64,000 nucleotides of DNA, taken from assembly GCF_964204645.1 (NCBI RefSeq), contig NC_134029.1:7218850-7282849 (forward strand). Reading direction: 5' to 3'. The notes below the pieces were generated by a model. That model was not told where the DNA came from. It saw only the letters and a list, made by a program, of their open reading frames with translations, and searched no databases. The stretch is from Tubulanus polymorphus (Eukaryota; Animalia; Nemertea). Within the stretch, counting starts at the first letter, position 1; every line of letters starts with the position of its first letter. The position numbers and the translations under genes are program-made. This document shows, one piece after another, positions 12,042 through 27,100 of this stretch.

Positions 12042-15000
12042 ATGCATTGTTTGGCGGATAATCCTGAAGATACGTACTGCAAAGTTTTATTATTGGACGA
12101 CACTGAACTAGTCACAGAGATCAAGGTAATTATGTGGCGATCACACTACAAAATGGGATACTGGCAATGCTACAGTCAGTGGCAAGCAAGGATTCAGCGC
12201 CAGGATCGCTAGTAACACTAGGTTACCACGCTTCAACTTCCTTCTATATTTCAATTTAATTTGAATGAACTTTTCTCATTAGTAAATCAATTTTCAGTGA
12301 AATCTACACTATAGATTAAGTGAGGAAGTGAATCTTATATCTATCCGATGACTGGTTTAATAATTTTTGGATATGGCAGCCTAAAAATTCAAATCTTATG
12401 AAAAGAAAATGAACTGATTTTTACTCTGAATAACCCAGTGTTTTGTTGCTCCATCTGGCGAGTGCCGGTATCCCATTGGTAGCACTTCTTCCTAACGAGG
12501 CTATTTGCTCACTACATCTTTATATACCTACCCTGACCTTAAGCCCAGATTAATTAAACCCTTAGAGAGCAGTTGGTACATAGCCATGGATGTTCCAAAG
12601 CTTTGTGGGAAGGAAGGTTATCTTGAGCACTTATTGCCTATCGTTATTTAGGCCTAGTCGTTTTGTGAGACTGGCCTCAAACGATGAAAGAATTGGTTCC
12701 TTCTAAATTGTAAAGATTTACATACACTCTATAACTTTTCCTTAGCTTATGAAATGTAAGAATCATTGGTACTGTTATATTAGGATTTCCATAGGCTCTT
12801 TCGCATATGTTTAGCTGGTGGATGTGGGTTTGAATGTATCTTTTGGTTGTGGCGACACTGGCGTCCTTGTAGTAGATAGGCCTACAAGAGCCTACCATTG
12901 GAACACCATGAGGTGAATTGACTGCGCAGTCTGTTTAAATACTTTGTTTTGAAACATGCTAAGTACCTTCTAAAATCATGGACTCTAAAACTAGTTTGTT
13001 TTAGAATCCTTGCTAAAATCAGACAAAATTTTCCCTCTGATTTTGAAGTGTATAACCAGTGGTAAAAGGTCTTTTGTAGTTTTTTGCACACATTTCTGAA
13101 TTACTCAGGAATTGATGGTTTTACAATGGAATCAAAGCTGATGAATTATCAATGTTTTTTTGATTCATCATTTTGACTGTCCATCGTATGCTCTACCATC
13201 AGTGTATTGTTTGCATTTTGTTTTGTTCGCTATTATCCCGAATGTGCAGAAGTTGTCAAACACGTTGATCGATCCGCGTAAATACAGTCGATTGTTTCCG
13301 ATTATTTCGAGATTTTCCTTCCGAAATCATGACTGAGATTTCCTTTCAGTTCCGTGTTCATTTCTGATGATTTACGAAAACGACAAAGAGTCTTTGAATA
13401 GTTCGAATTCTTTTGTCGAAGTATAAAAAAAAATTTCTTGAGTATTCATCACAAATTTGTATCCATCAACTAGTCATTGTTGCACTTTTTGGATAGGCGC
13501 AGATGCGGTCGTTTCGACTGCACTGTCTTGAATCTCAAGATCAAGACTGATCTTAATTTGTTATATTGACTTGAGTAATGCGATTGGCTTTGATCAGTCT
13601 TATATGTAAGCGTCTACTGACTGTGCAACTGGCCTCAGCAGGGGACTGGGCATGGTAACAATACCTTTAAAAAGCTTTAGTTTTCTTCATGTATCAAGTA
13701 AAAGAAAAACTGTAGGCTTTATATGCAGGCTTCATACATGCCTGCTTCGGGCAGGAATGTCATTATTTGATGTATAGGCCTATGTGTTTTCCTGCTATGT
13801 TTTGCCGATGATAAGTTCTTGCTTACTCATCGTTGTACCAGACTTTGATGTGTCTGGTTTTGCAACATCTGTATGTATATACCAACATTGTTCCCCAAGT
13901 ACCAACCAACCTACGCTCAAAACATGGTGGGCACATTCCACCTCTTCTTTTTTAAACTTGATTTTTAATCCACTTTGCCAGTGTGCTTCAGTCATTCTGT
14001 TTTAAATAGTTTTTCATACAAATCTTTCTGAGCTGTTCCTAGAATCTCATTGAAGTAAATTTAAAGGTTTTTATTGCTTTGGGCAAAGATTTAGATTTTT
14101 AGTCCCCCATACTGAAGAACATGGATATTTTTTAAGGCGAATATGCAATAAAAATTTGAGATGATGAGATCTTTTATATATTTGTCCAGCCTATAATTAG
14201 ATTCTAACACTGATAATTTACTTGGCAAATCTATGATATATAAGCCTTACTAGTCGGCCCATTTTAATACATTCCTGTCCAATTTTTTAACCTTCAAATC
14301 CCACTTTTTTCAGAGTTCTGCGAAAGGTGAATTTTTACTCAACTGGGTGTTCGATAGACTGAACCTACAGGAAAATGATTACTTCGGTTTAAGATATCTC
14401 GACCAAACCAACCAAACAGTAAGCTCTACCTTAAATATTAGACCCTTGAATATAATACATTCAATGAAAATTAGTGGGAAGGGCTTTTGAAAATTCCATT
14501 TCATAATAATAAAATCTAACCCGTGTTTTCTTAAATGTGCGTGTTCCAGCAATGGGTCGACCCAACGAAGACAATCAAAACACAATTAAAAGGTCAGTAA
14601 TGATTGGACATGATGAATTTGCTTTTGAACGCGGATTGAATAGGGTTTGACATTGTTATGATTATTAACGCAATTCAGGCAATTCAAGTGTAGCTTTGGC
14701 CTGGTTTCTATTTCAATAGTTATTCTGAGTATATTTTTCCGTGAACATATTTTTGAATACTTGAACTTGATAATCATATTTATATAAACTCCCACCTTTT
14801 TTAAAATAGTGTGAATGCAATAATTGCAAGTGAATGGAATAATTGCAGTGTGTATGTTTTGCGTGTGAACACCTGGGGCCGGTTCCTTAGTCAAGACTTA
14901 AGACCAAAACTGGTCTTAAAACTTAAGAGTGGTCTTAAGTTGTTAGATTGGCTATAGAACTAAGTTTGTCTTATACTGGTCGGTCTATGGAACCGGCCCC

Positions 15001-18000
15001 TGGTTCTGCACCTCACACTTGCGTACTAGTCTAGAATTCAGCTTTAATTTCGAGACATACCTCATTTCTCATAATCGGTCGGGTCACTAAGGTAAACTGC
15101 AAATTCGTAATCAGTTAATTTCTATAACTACCGGGTCTATTATGGTTAACTCGATCATGATTTTAAAAGGGTAGGTGGCCGGCTGTAGGTAGGTGGTCAA
15201 CTTTTAAGCTCGGCAGAAAAGAGAAATGAGGTATGATTTTTTTAGCCTAATGAAGAAGTTGCAGTTTTGATACAACGGGAAAAGATACAGCTATTCAATG
15301 ATGCACTCCTCGCTGTAGCTGGAATTTTATCCGGCGATTCCAGGTGTTAAACATTACAGGCTATAACATTATTTTTCCTGATGACTCTATCTGTCTGCTT
15401 CCTCGCGGCAGTTCTCAGTCTTGGTATTCAATATTCTTGAGGCTTCGGTACTGTTTTTCTCAATAGAAACTCATTCCCCGTTCAAATTCTTCTCGTCCAT
15501 TTAGCACGGCTAGTTCGGGTTTCACAACAAAACAAAATTATAAACAACGAATTCAAATGGAGTGTGACTGGTCTTAAGATTAAAGATTGTTGTATTGATA
15601 ATACTTATCTCATTTACTAAAAAATCCTTTTCATAATACATGTTGTTTATATAGAAAAAAGGGGAAATGATGAAATGGACGAGCAAAAAGGCTTGCACTT
15701 GAGTGGAAACCCATTGACTTACCCCATCCCCACCAAAAAAATTCATTACAAAATCATTCGAAAGATGTTTGAAAAAATTCAAAAACAATGCAGGCCCAAG
15801 CTGAGCTTTTTTTAGGGGCAGTTATATTTCAGTGCCCAGGTACCTGAATGAATCATTTGAGAATAGATAATTTTCAATCTCCATTAAAAATGTATGAAAA
15901 TTGTATCTAAATTTCGAGGGGGTTAGGGTTTGTTCGCTACCCCCTACCCCATCATTGACCCCCCACGGCACGGGCCTGCAATGGAGAAAATTATTGGGAT
16001 GATATAGAAAAATAACGATTAAGATAATCATAATTGATAATCAATTATTAATGGTTATTTCATAACTGTAGGCTCCTACATGAAACAATCCTCATGACAA
16101 TCTGTTCTCATATAACCTGAATACAGTTTGAGTTCGAAATTCCTGCTTAGCTTTGCGGATTGGCTTTGCGTGCACAGCTAGTTATAAATGCCTAATAATG
16201 TATCGCACTATCCTGCAAAATCGTTATGGCCACTTACTACGTGAATTATTTACTACGCTACAGTGAAAATTATGTGAATTAAATTCCGGCGCGGTGCGTG
16301 GGCGATTTTACCTGTAGAACCTGTTACCATTTCAGTAATACAACTTTCCTTAATGAAAGTTTGTTTATATTATGAATATACCTGAGGGGAGACCTGTTAT
16401 GGAGTGTTATCAAAGAACAAAACTTGTCCTAAGATAGTATTTAATTTACGAGAGATCATTTTCCGATAGTTAATAGGCATGAAAGTCTAAATAAATATTG
16501 GCGCTATTTGACTTGTTATAAATTTCAAAAGAAACCCATTTTCATTGATCATTGAAATTTTGTTCTAAATGTGCCTATTGTACCTGACCTTGAACTCGTA
16601 ACTACTTCTTAAGCTACGATCTTTTTTTGACGCTGTAGAAACTGACAATAATGTTGATATAGATACTTAGTATGCGTTAGTTAACTATGTCCTCAATATT
16701 GGCGTTTAGACATAACAATTACAATTGTGAATTTTGGCATATATTTTGTAATTGAATATATTTCATAACTCTTATTCTTTTTTTGATAAATTATAATGAT
16801 TATTTTTGAGAGGATGTGCACTATGTCATCAATATACTGAGGCTAGACTGGTTGCCGGGCAATTCAATTATCGAAATATTTGTCCTTTTCCAATGCGTCA
16901 ATGTCCCTAAATGTTAGTAATACTTCTTCTTTCCAGTTGGTGCTCCGTACACTGTATATTTTGGTGTGAAATTCTACGCAGCTGACCCCTGTTTACTGAA
17001 GGAAGAACTGACGAGGTAAACCCCATTAACTAACAAATGACTGGCTTAGATTTTTTGCCGAAAAAAGAATTCAGAAAAAGAACATCATTTTGCATGTTCT
17101 TTCTAAATTGTTTACTATCGCCTGATTTACCATTTCACTATCAGAGTTACCAGTTTTATACATATCGTCATTCATTTTTTCAGGTATCAGTTTTTCCTGC
17201 AAGTGAAACGTGATATATTACAAGGTCGTCTACCAGTTACATTTGACCAGGCTGCTGAGTTATGTGCATATGCTGTTCAATGTAAGTCATATGCCGTGAA
17301 CCCCCTGTACAGGACATTGTCCCTGTAATGCTCTTATCCCAATAGATTCCCTCTTCGGAGCAAATTAAATGGGTAACTAGCCTTTTTCTGTAGACTCGGC
17401 TCACCGATCGCCCCTGCGTGGAATATTTAAAGTTTTCTCATTCAGATTCATGTAATTACAACCTATCATTGCTCTGACTGCCCTGGAATTTGCATCAAAT
17501 TGAGTGCTGTAGTAGTTAAGATGTTACATCTCCCCAGGCGGAGATGGCTGGTGTAATGGTATTGAAATAGTAAGATAGCCACCAAAAGAAAACCAAATGT
17601 TATTCATCAAAAATCGAAATCCAAAGACAAGACATTTCGAACTCTTACTAGAGATCCTTGTCAGGTGTGAGGGATTAACTAGATTAGGGGTATATATACT
17701 TGGAAAAACAAGTTTTGCTTTTAATCTTTTAGATTTTGTATATCGGTAGTGGGTTTTTAACTTGATCGGTGTCATTGATCACATTGACAATTGATGTTGC
17801 CACCTAAAATATGATCAATATCGCTAAAATGTATTACAGTTTCAACAAATACGTATTTGTATCCATGAATCCTTGCGTTTATTATTTACAGCTGAATTGG
17901 GAGATTATGATCCTAGACGACATTCCTTCGGTTACGTTTCCGAGTTCCGACTTGTGCCAAATCAAACGACAGAACTGGAGGATCGAATTCACCAGATACA

Positions 18001-18080
18001 CAGGACCCTGGCGTAAGTATCAAAAGAATATCCACTATTACTGAACAGTGGTTTGTCGGGTCAGTGGCGATGGAAAATGC

Positions 18081-18111
<31 letters not shown>

Positions 18112-21100
18112 TCGTGTTGCGAGTCCTCGGATAACCAGTATCAACGGTGCTGAAAATCCTCACAAGAATTTACACCTCTTCGTAGGTTTGTTTTCGAAAA
18201 AAAACTCCCTTTCCATCGGGCCGTGAAATTGAAGATACATTTTTTTGTAGATAACTCTCTAAGATCACCTGCTAATTTCATTCATCCGTCGTTTAAAATA
18301 TTTCGAATATTCAAGTATTCAGTCATGGAATGATAGTAGTTAGTCTATAAAGAATAATACACACTCTAATAATAATACATATTGCAAATTCTCCTTTATA
18401 TTTGGAATCTCTGAGAATATCATATGCATCTACTAGCAATAATGTCTAGAGTTATTGACCATCTGGCATTATTGATCTTGAAAATTGAAACATTGATACG
18501 CTTTAGCTTTATCATCAAGTGACTGTTGTGCAATAGAGGTTCAATTGGCTGGAACAAATAATTCGCTATTACACAGTAGACTCCTCTTTCGAGTCGACTT
18601 ATCAGCAGTACGTAACCCAAACACAAATCGTAGAACCATATTGCAATAGAATCTCTATTAAGTTAACAACTTAACTCAGAACAAATATCCCTGGTCCCAT
18701 TTATATGAGGTAGGAGCGATGAATGTACCATAGGTATGAAAAAAATATGCCAGAAGGAAAATGAAAGCACTTCCACAACGCTCTTTGCTTATCCTTTATG
18801 ATGGATACTGTGTCTGATACTGGTTAAAAAGTCATACATCGGCAAGTTTTCTTTGGTAGGCCTATACGATGTGCATAGATTTCTGAAACGCTGTTTCGTT
18901 GGGTGAAATTATTCACAGAAATTTGAGATTTTGACAATGGAGTTTGTTGTAATTTATGATATCAAATCTGCAATCCAATGAATAGTTTATGGCAAGATTT
19001 TGACACTCTTGTTTGCTGTAATTAATCAAATCAAAATCTTCATTGAAAGCATTAATTTAATTAGAATCCATTTTTATTGCTATGAAAAATATTAGATTAC
19101 TTAATTTTACGCAGACCACCAGCTTGCTATCATTAATAGATCGAAGCAAAGCTTTTTTTGTGCTACTTTACCCAATCCCAGCATTTCCTTCTGGCATTTT
19201 TACCTACCGGTATGGTATATTGCGAACTCTGGCATTATTACCTTGCACGAAGTCTAATAAACTTGTGGCATTATGACTAAAAAAGAATCAAAGGCCTACA
19301 CTTTTTTCCAAAATAATGAATGAATGTTTACTGATTGAGGATTGATCTCTCGGCATATTACAACAGTGGTTGACAATTAGGCGTATGTACCTCAGTTCAC
19401 CTCCTGGAAGATTTTGAAAAGATATACATATATTTTGGTCAATTCTCATACATTAACTCTTATTAGTCCAATTAAATACATTTCTCATTGAAGAGAATTC
19501 TAAACACACTCTGGATTCACACCTGCTGACAAAAAGCTATCTTTCTGACTTAAATGTTGTAAATGTACATTATATGTTGTCTTCTATAAAGTGGCCAAGT
19601 TCCATCATCGGCTGAACGCTATTATCTAGATATGGTTAAATGGATGGAAGCTTATGGCGTCGATTTCCATCGAGTTTTGGTAAGCTCTTTCGGTCGGAGA
19701 AACGGTTATACTCTTTCTCCGCGGCGGCCGCATTTGAATTTTTCGTTGGACGGGCGAAAAATTCAAGTGCATTTTCAGGGTTATTTCTATAAAGGCATTT
19801 TCGTAGCATCTTCATAGAGTTTCCTTGAAAAGATCACATACCAGTACTCATTGAGTGCCTAACTACATAAAGTTTAGTTAACTGTTCGGATGTTTCAAAA
19901 TAAGGATTATTTATTTGCCTGAAAATGTCTTTAAGATGAATCCTGAAATTTTGGAAATTACAGGGGCATAGCAACTGGATTTGCCAAACAAAAGCTTCTT
20001 TTTTTCGAGCTAATTTTATAAAATTCGTTTTCTCTTTTGTCAACGTCGTGTCAACTACAATCTCATTGCTACCCCCTGTAAAGTATATGTTTATCTATCT
20101 ATGTGTTGAGTAAAATTAGTGACTGTGTTTCGTGAATGTTATGAATTTTCAGTGGTATGGTGCCAGCGTTGGCTGAGCACAGCTATCTAGACACCGTTAA
20201 ATGGTTCGACATGTACGGCGTAGACCTACATCAGGTGTTGGTAAGCCATGCCGCTAGTGTAAGCACGTTTTTCCCCCTGCGTGTTTCTGTGGCTTACGTA
20301 ACTTATTTTGAACTGACTAACGATTCATTTAACTCTCGTCTAGTTGCTCGAATCTGTTGATATTAACGAGTTTCTGAAGAAATACAGTTAACATTCTTTC
20401 AAATCTTTTTTCAAAACGTAGAGAAACGCGTAAGGCTGAATTGCACAATTTTCAGAAATATTCAATAGAAGGAATACAGTTCATGTAAAATCTGATTTTC
20501 AAGTTCGAAAAAGGCAAGCAAAAAATATTTGTTAAGCCTGATACATTGATTTTGATACTTTTGCTAAGGTAATTCATTGAACTATCCCTTTATTATGAAA
20601 GATTTTGGTATTTCTTTCGTTTAAAGTTTGACCATAACTTGTGCGAAAATAGTGCAAAAATATCTTCTCTGACAAATTTAACGAGTACTCTGTAATGATG
20701 CTATAATGGTTACACAATGATGTTGTAATGCTATATGAAATGCTAGCTCAACGCTTGGTTCTAGTTTTAACTTAAGAAAATAAAAAAAAAACAGTCTGCA
20801 GCTGGGCAGACGTAGGTAGTTATTGAACGCAGGTTGCGTAATTGAGAGTTTATAAACATTACGGTACACATGAGAAGTACTGAATTAACCATTGTTTATA
20901 AACATGGCAATCCGCCTTGAGAAAATGTACTTAACGTCTTTGAAAAGAAAAGAAACTTTACAGCCATTTTTCATTTGCCTATTTCTACTAAATAACGTTG
21001 ATACGTATTGATAGATTACTATTAACAATATTGTGTGCTGTCTAGATTAATCATTTTCCTCGTTATATCTTTTTATAAATGCGTGTTTATGTTTCAGCGA

Positions 21101-24100
21101 TGAATTGAATTAATTGATAATCGTTTTGCTCATAACGGTAAATTATGGATACTGAATGATGGAATAGACACATTATTCATAAATCAAAAAAAAAACCAAT
21201 GAAGAAGTCTGTTTGTTATAACTGATGATTATGTTCAGCGCTAAATCAATTAGACGTGCGATGCTTTGGATTATGTAGGAACACACATCCCTAGTAATAC
21301 AGATATCCATATTTTACTGTACTATCGTCCTCGTTCGTTTACTGTACAAGTATTCCAGGGGCGGCTCCAAGGGGAAGGTACCAGGGTGCGTACCCCCCAA
21401 AATAAATGATATTAACTTGATAAGTTTTAATTCATAAGCTTGTTCTCTGTATTTCCAAAAATGAGTTTATTATTTTTTTCCGATTGGTTTTTTTTTTTCG
21501 GGATGCCCTTTTGATTATATGATCTGCCCTATTTTTGGGGTGCACCCTGAACCACACCCTAGATCCACCCCTGTATTTGTATGGATGACGTTTTTGTGTT
21601 AAATTTTTATGTATTTCAACTATATGTTTGACAGGGTGAGGGAGCTGTGGAATATTTCCTTGGTCTTACGCCGACCGGGGTTGTTGTATATAAGAATAAA
21701 TCGAAAGTCGGGAACTATTTCTGGTAAGTTTCAGAATTTGTGAGTTTGGTGTATGTATGCAGGGTGCCTGCGACTCCATGATTCCTTAAAAACTCTTGCC
21801 TCAACAAAGAATGCTTTTAAAGATGCTTGAAACTCCTTTAATTATGAGAAGTTGGCAACTAGAAATGTTTGTAGTTGTACAGAAAACTATGCCTGAATCG
21901 GTACAGTTGGGACTAGGACTTATTTTACCCAATTAGACAGTTACCAAATGAGGAACTGAGTTTAGTTAGTGTAAAGGATAAAATTTGCTTGCAAAAGAGT
22001 ACCATATTAATGGTTTACCGAGATAAACGGTACTGATTTAGGAAGAGTCTATAGTAATTGAGATATGAGACACTTCCTCGAAATTTGAAGAAATTTTTCT
22101 CCTTTAAACTCCTTATATTCAGGACTGATCGATCAGAAAGGACCTTGGTATAGTAAAACCGGAGACGTCTGTAACGTAGTTAATGAAATTTATCCGGTTT
22201 ATGTTAGATTTGAATGGTATTTTTTAGGCCGCGGATTGTCAAAGTCACATTCAAGAACAAGAATTTCATGATCAGAGTCAAAGATAAAAATGTAAGCTGT
22301 TCGTCTTGCCATATATATATATATATTCTCTGTACAGCTTACATACTCTACATGCGCCCTCTAAGATATTTCCGTTTCAATTTGTAGAATTATGAGAACA
22401 CGTATACGTTTGAATGTCCAACGAAGCAGGGATGTAAGCATTTATGGAAGTGTTGTGTGGAACATCACGCATTCTTCCGGTAAGTAGATACATATCATGC
22501 ATGTAAACCATACGCATTTTAAACATTCCTTTTGCCTTATATATATACGTAAGCATGGAATTTAGAGCATGGACAATTCTTTCTCAGTCGATAGTCTGAA
22601 TGAATTGTTAATGTACCGTCCTGTAAATAGGACGAATTTAGTAATAGCATGTTCCGAGTCTGTCGATGATGTTGAATTTCTTCAGCCATTGTTTGATCAG
22701 ATAAATGCATTAAACGATGATAGGTTTTCAGTTTGCATGATGTTATTCATATTTCCTTTTCGTATGGCGTATTTTTCTGTAGGCTTAGCCACGTAGCGCA
22801 ACCTTCAGGGAACTTCTTTCAGTTAGGATCGAAATATAGATACAGGTAAGAAAATAGGTGATATGGCATTTCTTCGCATGAGCAAGCTTGGATCCAGAGA
22901 ACATTCTTATTGACCTTTATTCCTTGAAGTAAATTAAGCCTTAGAATGCTCACAAACAGTGTGAAATTTTCAACATTTGCTGAAAATGTTGCCCTGATAC
23001 TCATACTGGTTTCATAAATCTGCTACTCGCCTGGCCAGGTTCATCACTTAAGCAAGAAGTAACAATGTCCTATTTCAATTGCACCTCCCTAATTTTCCTC
23101 CTTAATCCACTAGTGCATGTATGGTTATTTTCACAATTGAAGAAAAAAATTGCTGAAGACACTTATGCATCTGCATTGTGTGCACAAGTTTTATCATCCT
23201 TAGATATTAATTGTTTCGATATTGATATAAATTTGTGGCGCTTTTCAGTGGTCGTACTGAGAAGCAAGCATTGAGCGATGCAGCAGCTATCCGTCCAGAG
23301 CCTCAGGTGTTACGAACACCTAGCCGTCGACATCAACGAAGATCTGCTGGTTCAGATTCTGGACTTGAACAAACCTTAGGTAAGCTGGAAAATCCTCAGA
23401 AATAAACATCGCTTTTTATGCGACTTTGTTATTCCAACGTCAATGGAAAATCTTATCGGTTTCTGTAGACAATTCACTGTTTGATATTAATGAAGTAAAA
23501 AACCCACAATATTTTGAAAAACTAGATGAGAAATTGAAGATCCAATTCTATGGGCCATTTGCAAAACCTTTTGTTGAAATCATTTGAATCAGGGCTACTG
23601 GTATAGATGGCTGTTAGATTCTACCTGGTAACCAGCTTATCAAGGTCCCAGTTTTCATAAAAGTTAGTCTCCGAGTAGAGAATTCCCTCTTTGGATTAAA
23701 TCACCTTCTTTGTACTAGAATTCTCTTTGAAAATTAGGTTATTGCATTGACATCACTCATTCTGTAACCAGTTCTCTATCCTGGCTCTTTATGACTTAAA
23801 CCTAACTCGATTGAATTTTGTTTCAGGAACACAGTATTCCGGATCATCTCGTAGTATGGGTACGTCAATAGACCCGAATATGCCGGTCAGTAAATTCATC
23901 CAGCCTGAACCGGTGATCGCAATAGCGAAAGCTCGGTCATCGGGTCATGAATCTCCACACAGTAATCGGTCAGCTCCGTGGGAAAATGAGTCTCAATCTA
24001 CCGGGTAAGAGAAATCTCACCCTGAAAATGATTTTAACTGTCATTGAAATTGGAAAACATCATCCTGAAATCGAACCTGATGGCGTAGAGACAGCCACGG

Positions 24101-27100
24101 AATGAAACCCTATCTGATTAACTTGAGTGCATTGCTTAGATGATGTCATTATAAGCCAATCAGAAATCCAGTTCTATTTAGCCCGGATTTTCAACTTAAT
24201 TTTCAATGGTCTAAATCGGTCTTAATGTATCTACAGTAGATTTTGTGTTGAATTTGAGTCTGGATTTTGCGTGTTTTTCAGAGGGCTGTACACGAGAGGA
24301 CATGATTCGCCGTATTCGAATCACAGCGAAAAAATGATGTTTCCGCGTCGAGTGCCGTCAACCGGTAGTGAAAGTGAAAAGACAGACAGAAGGTACCAAT
24401 CTACATACCACGAGGAATTGAAGACAAAGTTTCAATGACTGTTATAACAAAGTTATCCCCGGGGCCAGTTTTGTAAAATCAATAATTCTTCCAAAAATTA
24501 AATCCACTCATATGAACTTTTATGAAACTTGGAAACCAATCTTTGAATTTTAAGTAGCGATTAAACCATTGCGAATAATTTTGTCACCTTCAAACAATAG
24601 TGAGTTGTTCTGTGAAACAGAGCATGTTTGAACATGTATTTGAAACTGTGTACTGGGGTATGAAAAGTTTTATTCGAAATACTTGAATGGTTGTATGTAT
24701 TGTTTTACGTTGTTACAGACATAGAAGTCGGCGAGATACAGATGAAAACGAAGCCCCCAGAAGACGAAGGAGAAGGTGAGAATTATTGTGCCGTCAAATT
24801 TGATCGTGTGAATGTTTCCCAGGATTGAGATAGTCACGTTGTTAAGTTAGCTCATTTGTGAGTTCAGTTGCTTTCACTTTCAAAATTTCATAGATCTAAA
24901 GAGTCGAATAAAAGCAATAACAGTGATTTGTCGGAACAATCTAAGTCATCGCGCGGTTCGTCGAAAGCCAGTAAGGGCAGTAAAGGCAGTAAGGGCTCGT
25001 CGTCGTCGCGTAAATATCATCGAAATCGAAAACGCTCGTCGAAAAACGAGGAGATGGTCGACTCAGAAACGCAATGGAAAGAAGTTCAACGACGGCAAAG
25101 CGAGAGGGAAAATATCGGGTAAGCGGATGAGATATTTTGGATAGCAGAGAAATATGTTATTCTTGGTGAAGTGGTTGGGCTCTAGTGGTATTGATAGCTG
25201 ATATTTTTTGTCATCTCAGTAAAGTGTATCAGGACAGTAGACATTGCGTAATATGATTACTAATAACCAATGTAAAAGATTTTGAATTTTTATGCTTCTA
25301 ACAGCTGCTTACATGTTGTGGGGTATAACTCCATGCAAATTTCAGACGTTCCTGCAATTCATATGATAGGCAACTGTATGTATGCATATTTCTCTGTTTA
25401 GGCCTCAAGATGCTGTAGTTAAAGATCTTCGCCTTCAAAATGGGTGAGTATACATATGGGGTAATAACGATATCGCTATATATACAAATATACTAACAGA
25501 AAGCATGATTTTAAATTATGTGGATGATCAAAGAACTATTAACAAGCATGTGTTCATATTCCATAACAGCTCAGTACGGTCGCTGCAATCAAATGACTCC
25601 AAGGAAAGCCATGAACAACGTCGACTTAGAAGGTACTATGACTATGCATAGTGTTTCCCCTTGACTTTTTGACTATTGGATTACTGTAAGCCGGAGATTT
25701 TGTTGGGGGATTGTTAGAATATTGTTGTAAAATTCAGGTTGCAGATTATAATATTCTACTACAGTATATCAGGTGTAGACTAGTTTTGATATTGATTTTG
25801 ATGTTTGATTGTTGTTAATGAGTACTAATTGTCTTCATTAGGAGAAGTCGATCGCCTGGCAAACGACCACCGGAAGAGCTCAAACAACATTTCCAATACG
25901 AGTTGGTCGATCCAGAACCTTTAACTGAGGAACAGAAGAGGGATATTCCCTATATGGCTGTTGAGTAAGTTGAAAATTAGTACCGACACATCAATTTCCA
26001 TCGCAGAATTATTCTTTTGAAATAGCGGGGTATTCCCTCATAGTAACTGATAATTGAATGCCCAAATCTAATTCACGTCCATGCAGATCGTATAATTGAT
26101 AACTAGATATTGTAGTTGTCGATTTGTTTTTCTAGGACAAAAGCCGAACCATTCCGGATCAAGTATTCTCCTCATACGAGGCATAAAAGACGCACATCTC
26201 CTTACAGGAAAAGTGGCGGCCCTGGGTGAGTAAATTCCTGTTAATGTTCGGTGTGAATTTCAAGAATTAATGAAAGCTGCACTCTCTGTCCGCTGTAAGG
26301 TATACATAATCTAATTTCTGTTCTAATGAAACGTGTAGATTCTGGTGGGACTGGTAAGTATCGGTGTAACTGTACATAAATGCGGGTATCATTCTGCGGC
26401 CTGGACCTGAGACATTCAGACCGTCTATTCTTTCAGTTTTTGATCATCCGCGCTTTACATCATGATTTCAGAATATACTTTAAACTAACTGTAGATATGT
26501 ATTAGATACTTTTTCACCATCCTTTACGTCTGGACTTCACTCGTAATGGGCGAATGTCTGAGATACGGTTCTAGGCTACAGATTGATAATTGCCTGCATA
26601 ATCTATGATAGATAGACTCAACAGGCTTTCACCTATAATTCCCGATAATGAATCATTTTACACACTATGTAGCCCTCAATTTACGGTTATTTAAACACTA
26701 TATAATGTACATCATACTAGTATTGATATGGTAACTTTGAGCTGACACTTTCTGTAACACTTCTATAAGTTGTGGGAGCTTTTCTTTTGATATACCGGTA
26801 GATATGAAATGTATAGAATGTAATCTTAATTATTCCTCATATATGGTAAATGTATCCCCACCCAAGTCCAAGTTGGATAGAAATGAATTGAAATCGATGT
26901 TTCAAATTAATGAGCATTTTATATGGGTGAGGATATGGAAAAGGAAGGTACGCTATTACACTGTTCGGACTTAATTCCACCTTGGTCCTATTCCCTTACG
27001 CTAGATTAAACAACCTCCTTTAGATGGCAGAGTTTAATTATTTGGGCAAAGAAACTTATAGGGCACAGGGCTTTCGTACTGGCACGTAATAGTTTTGAAT

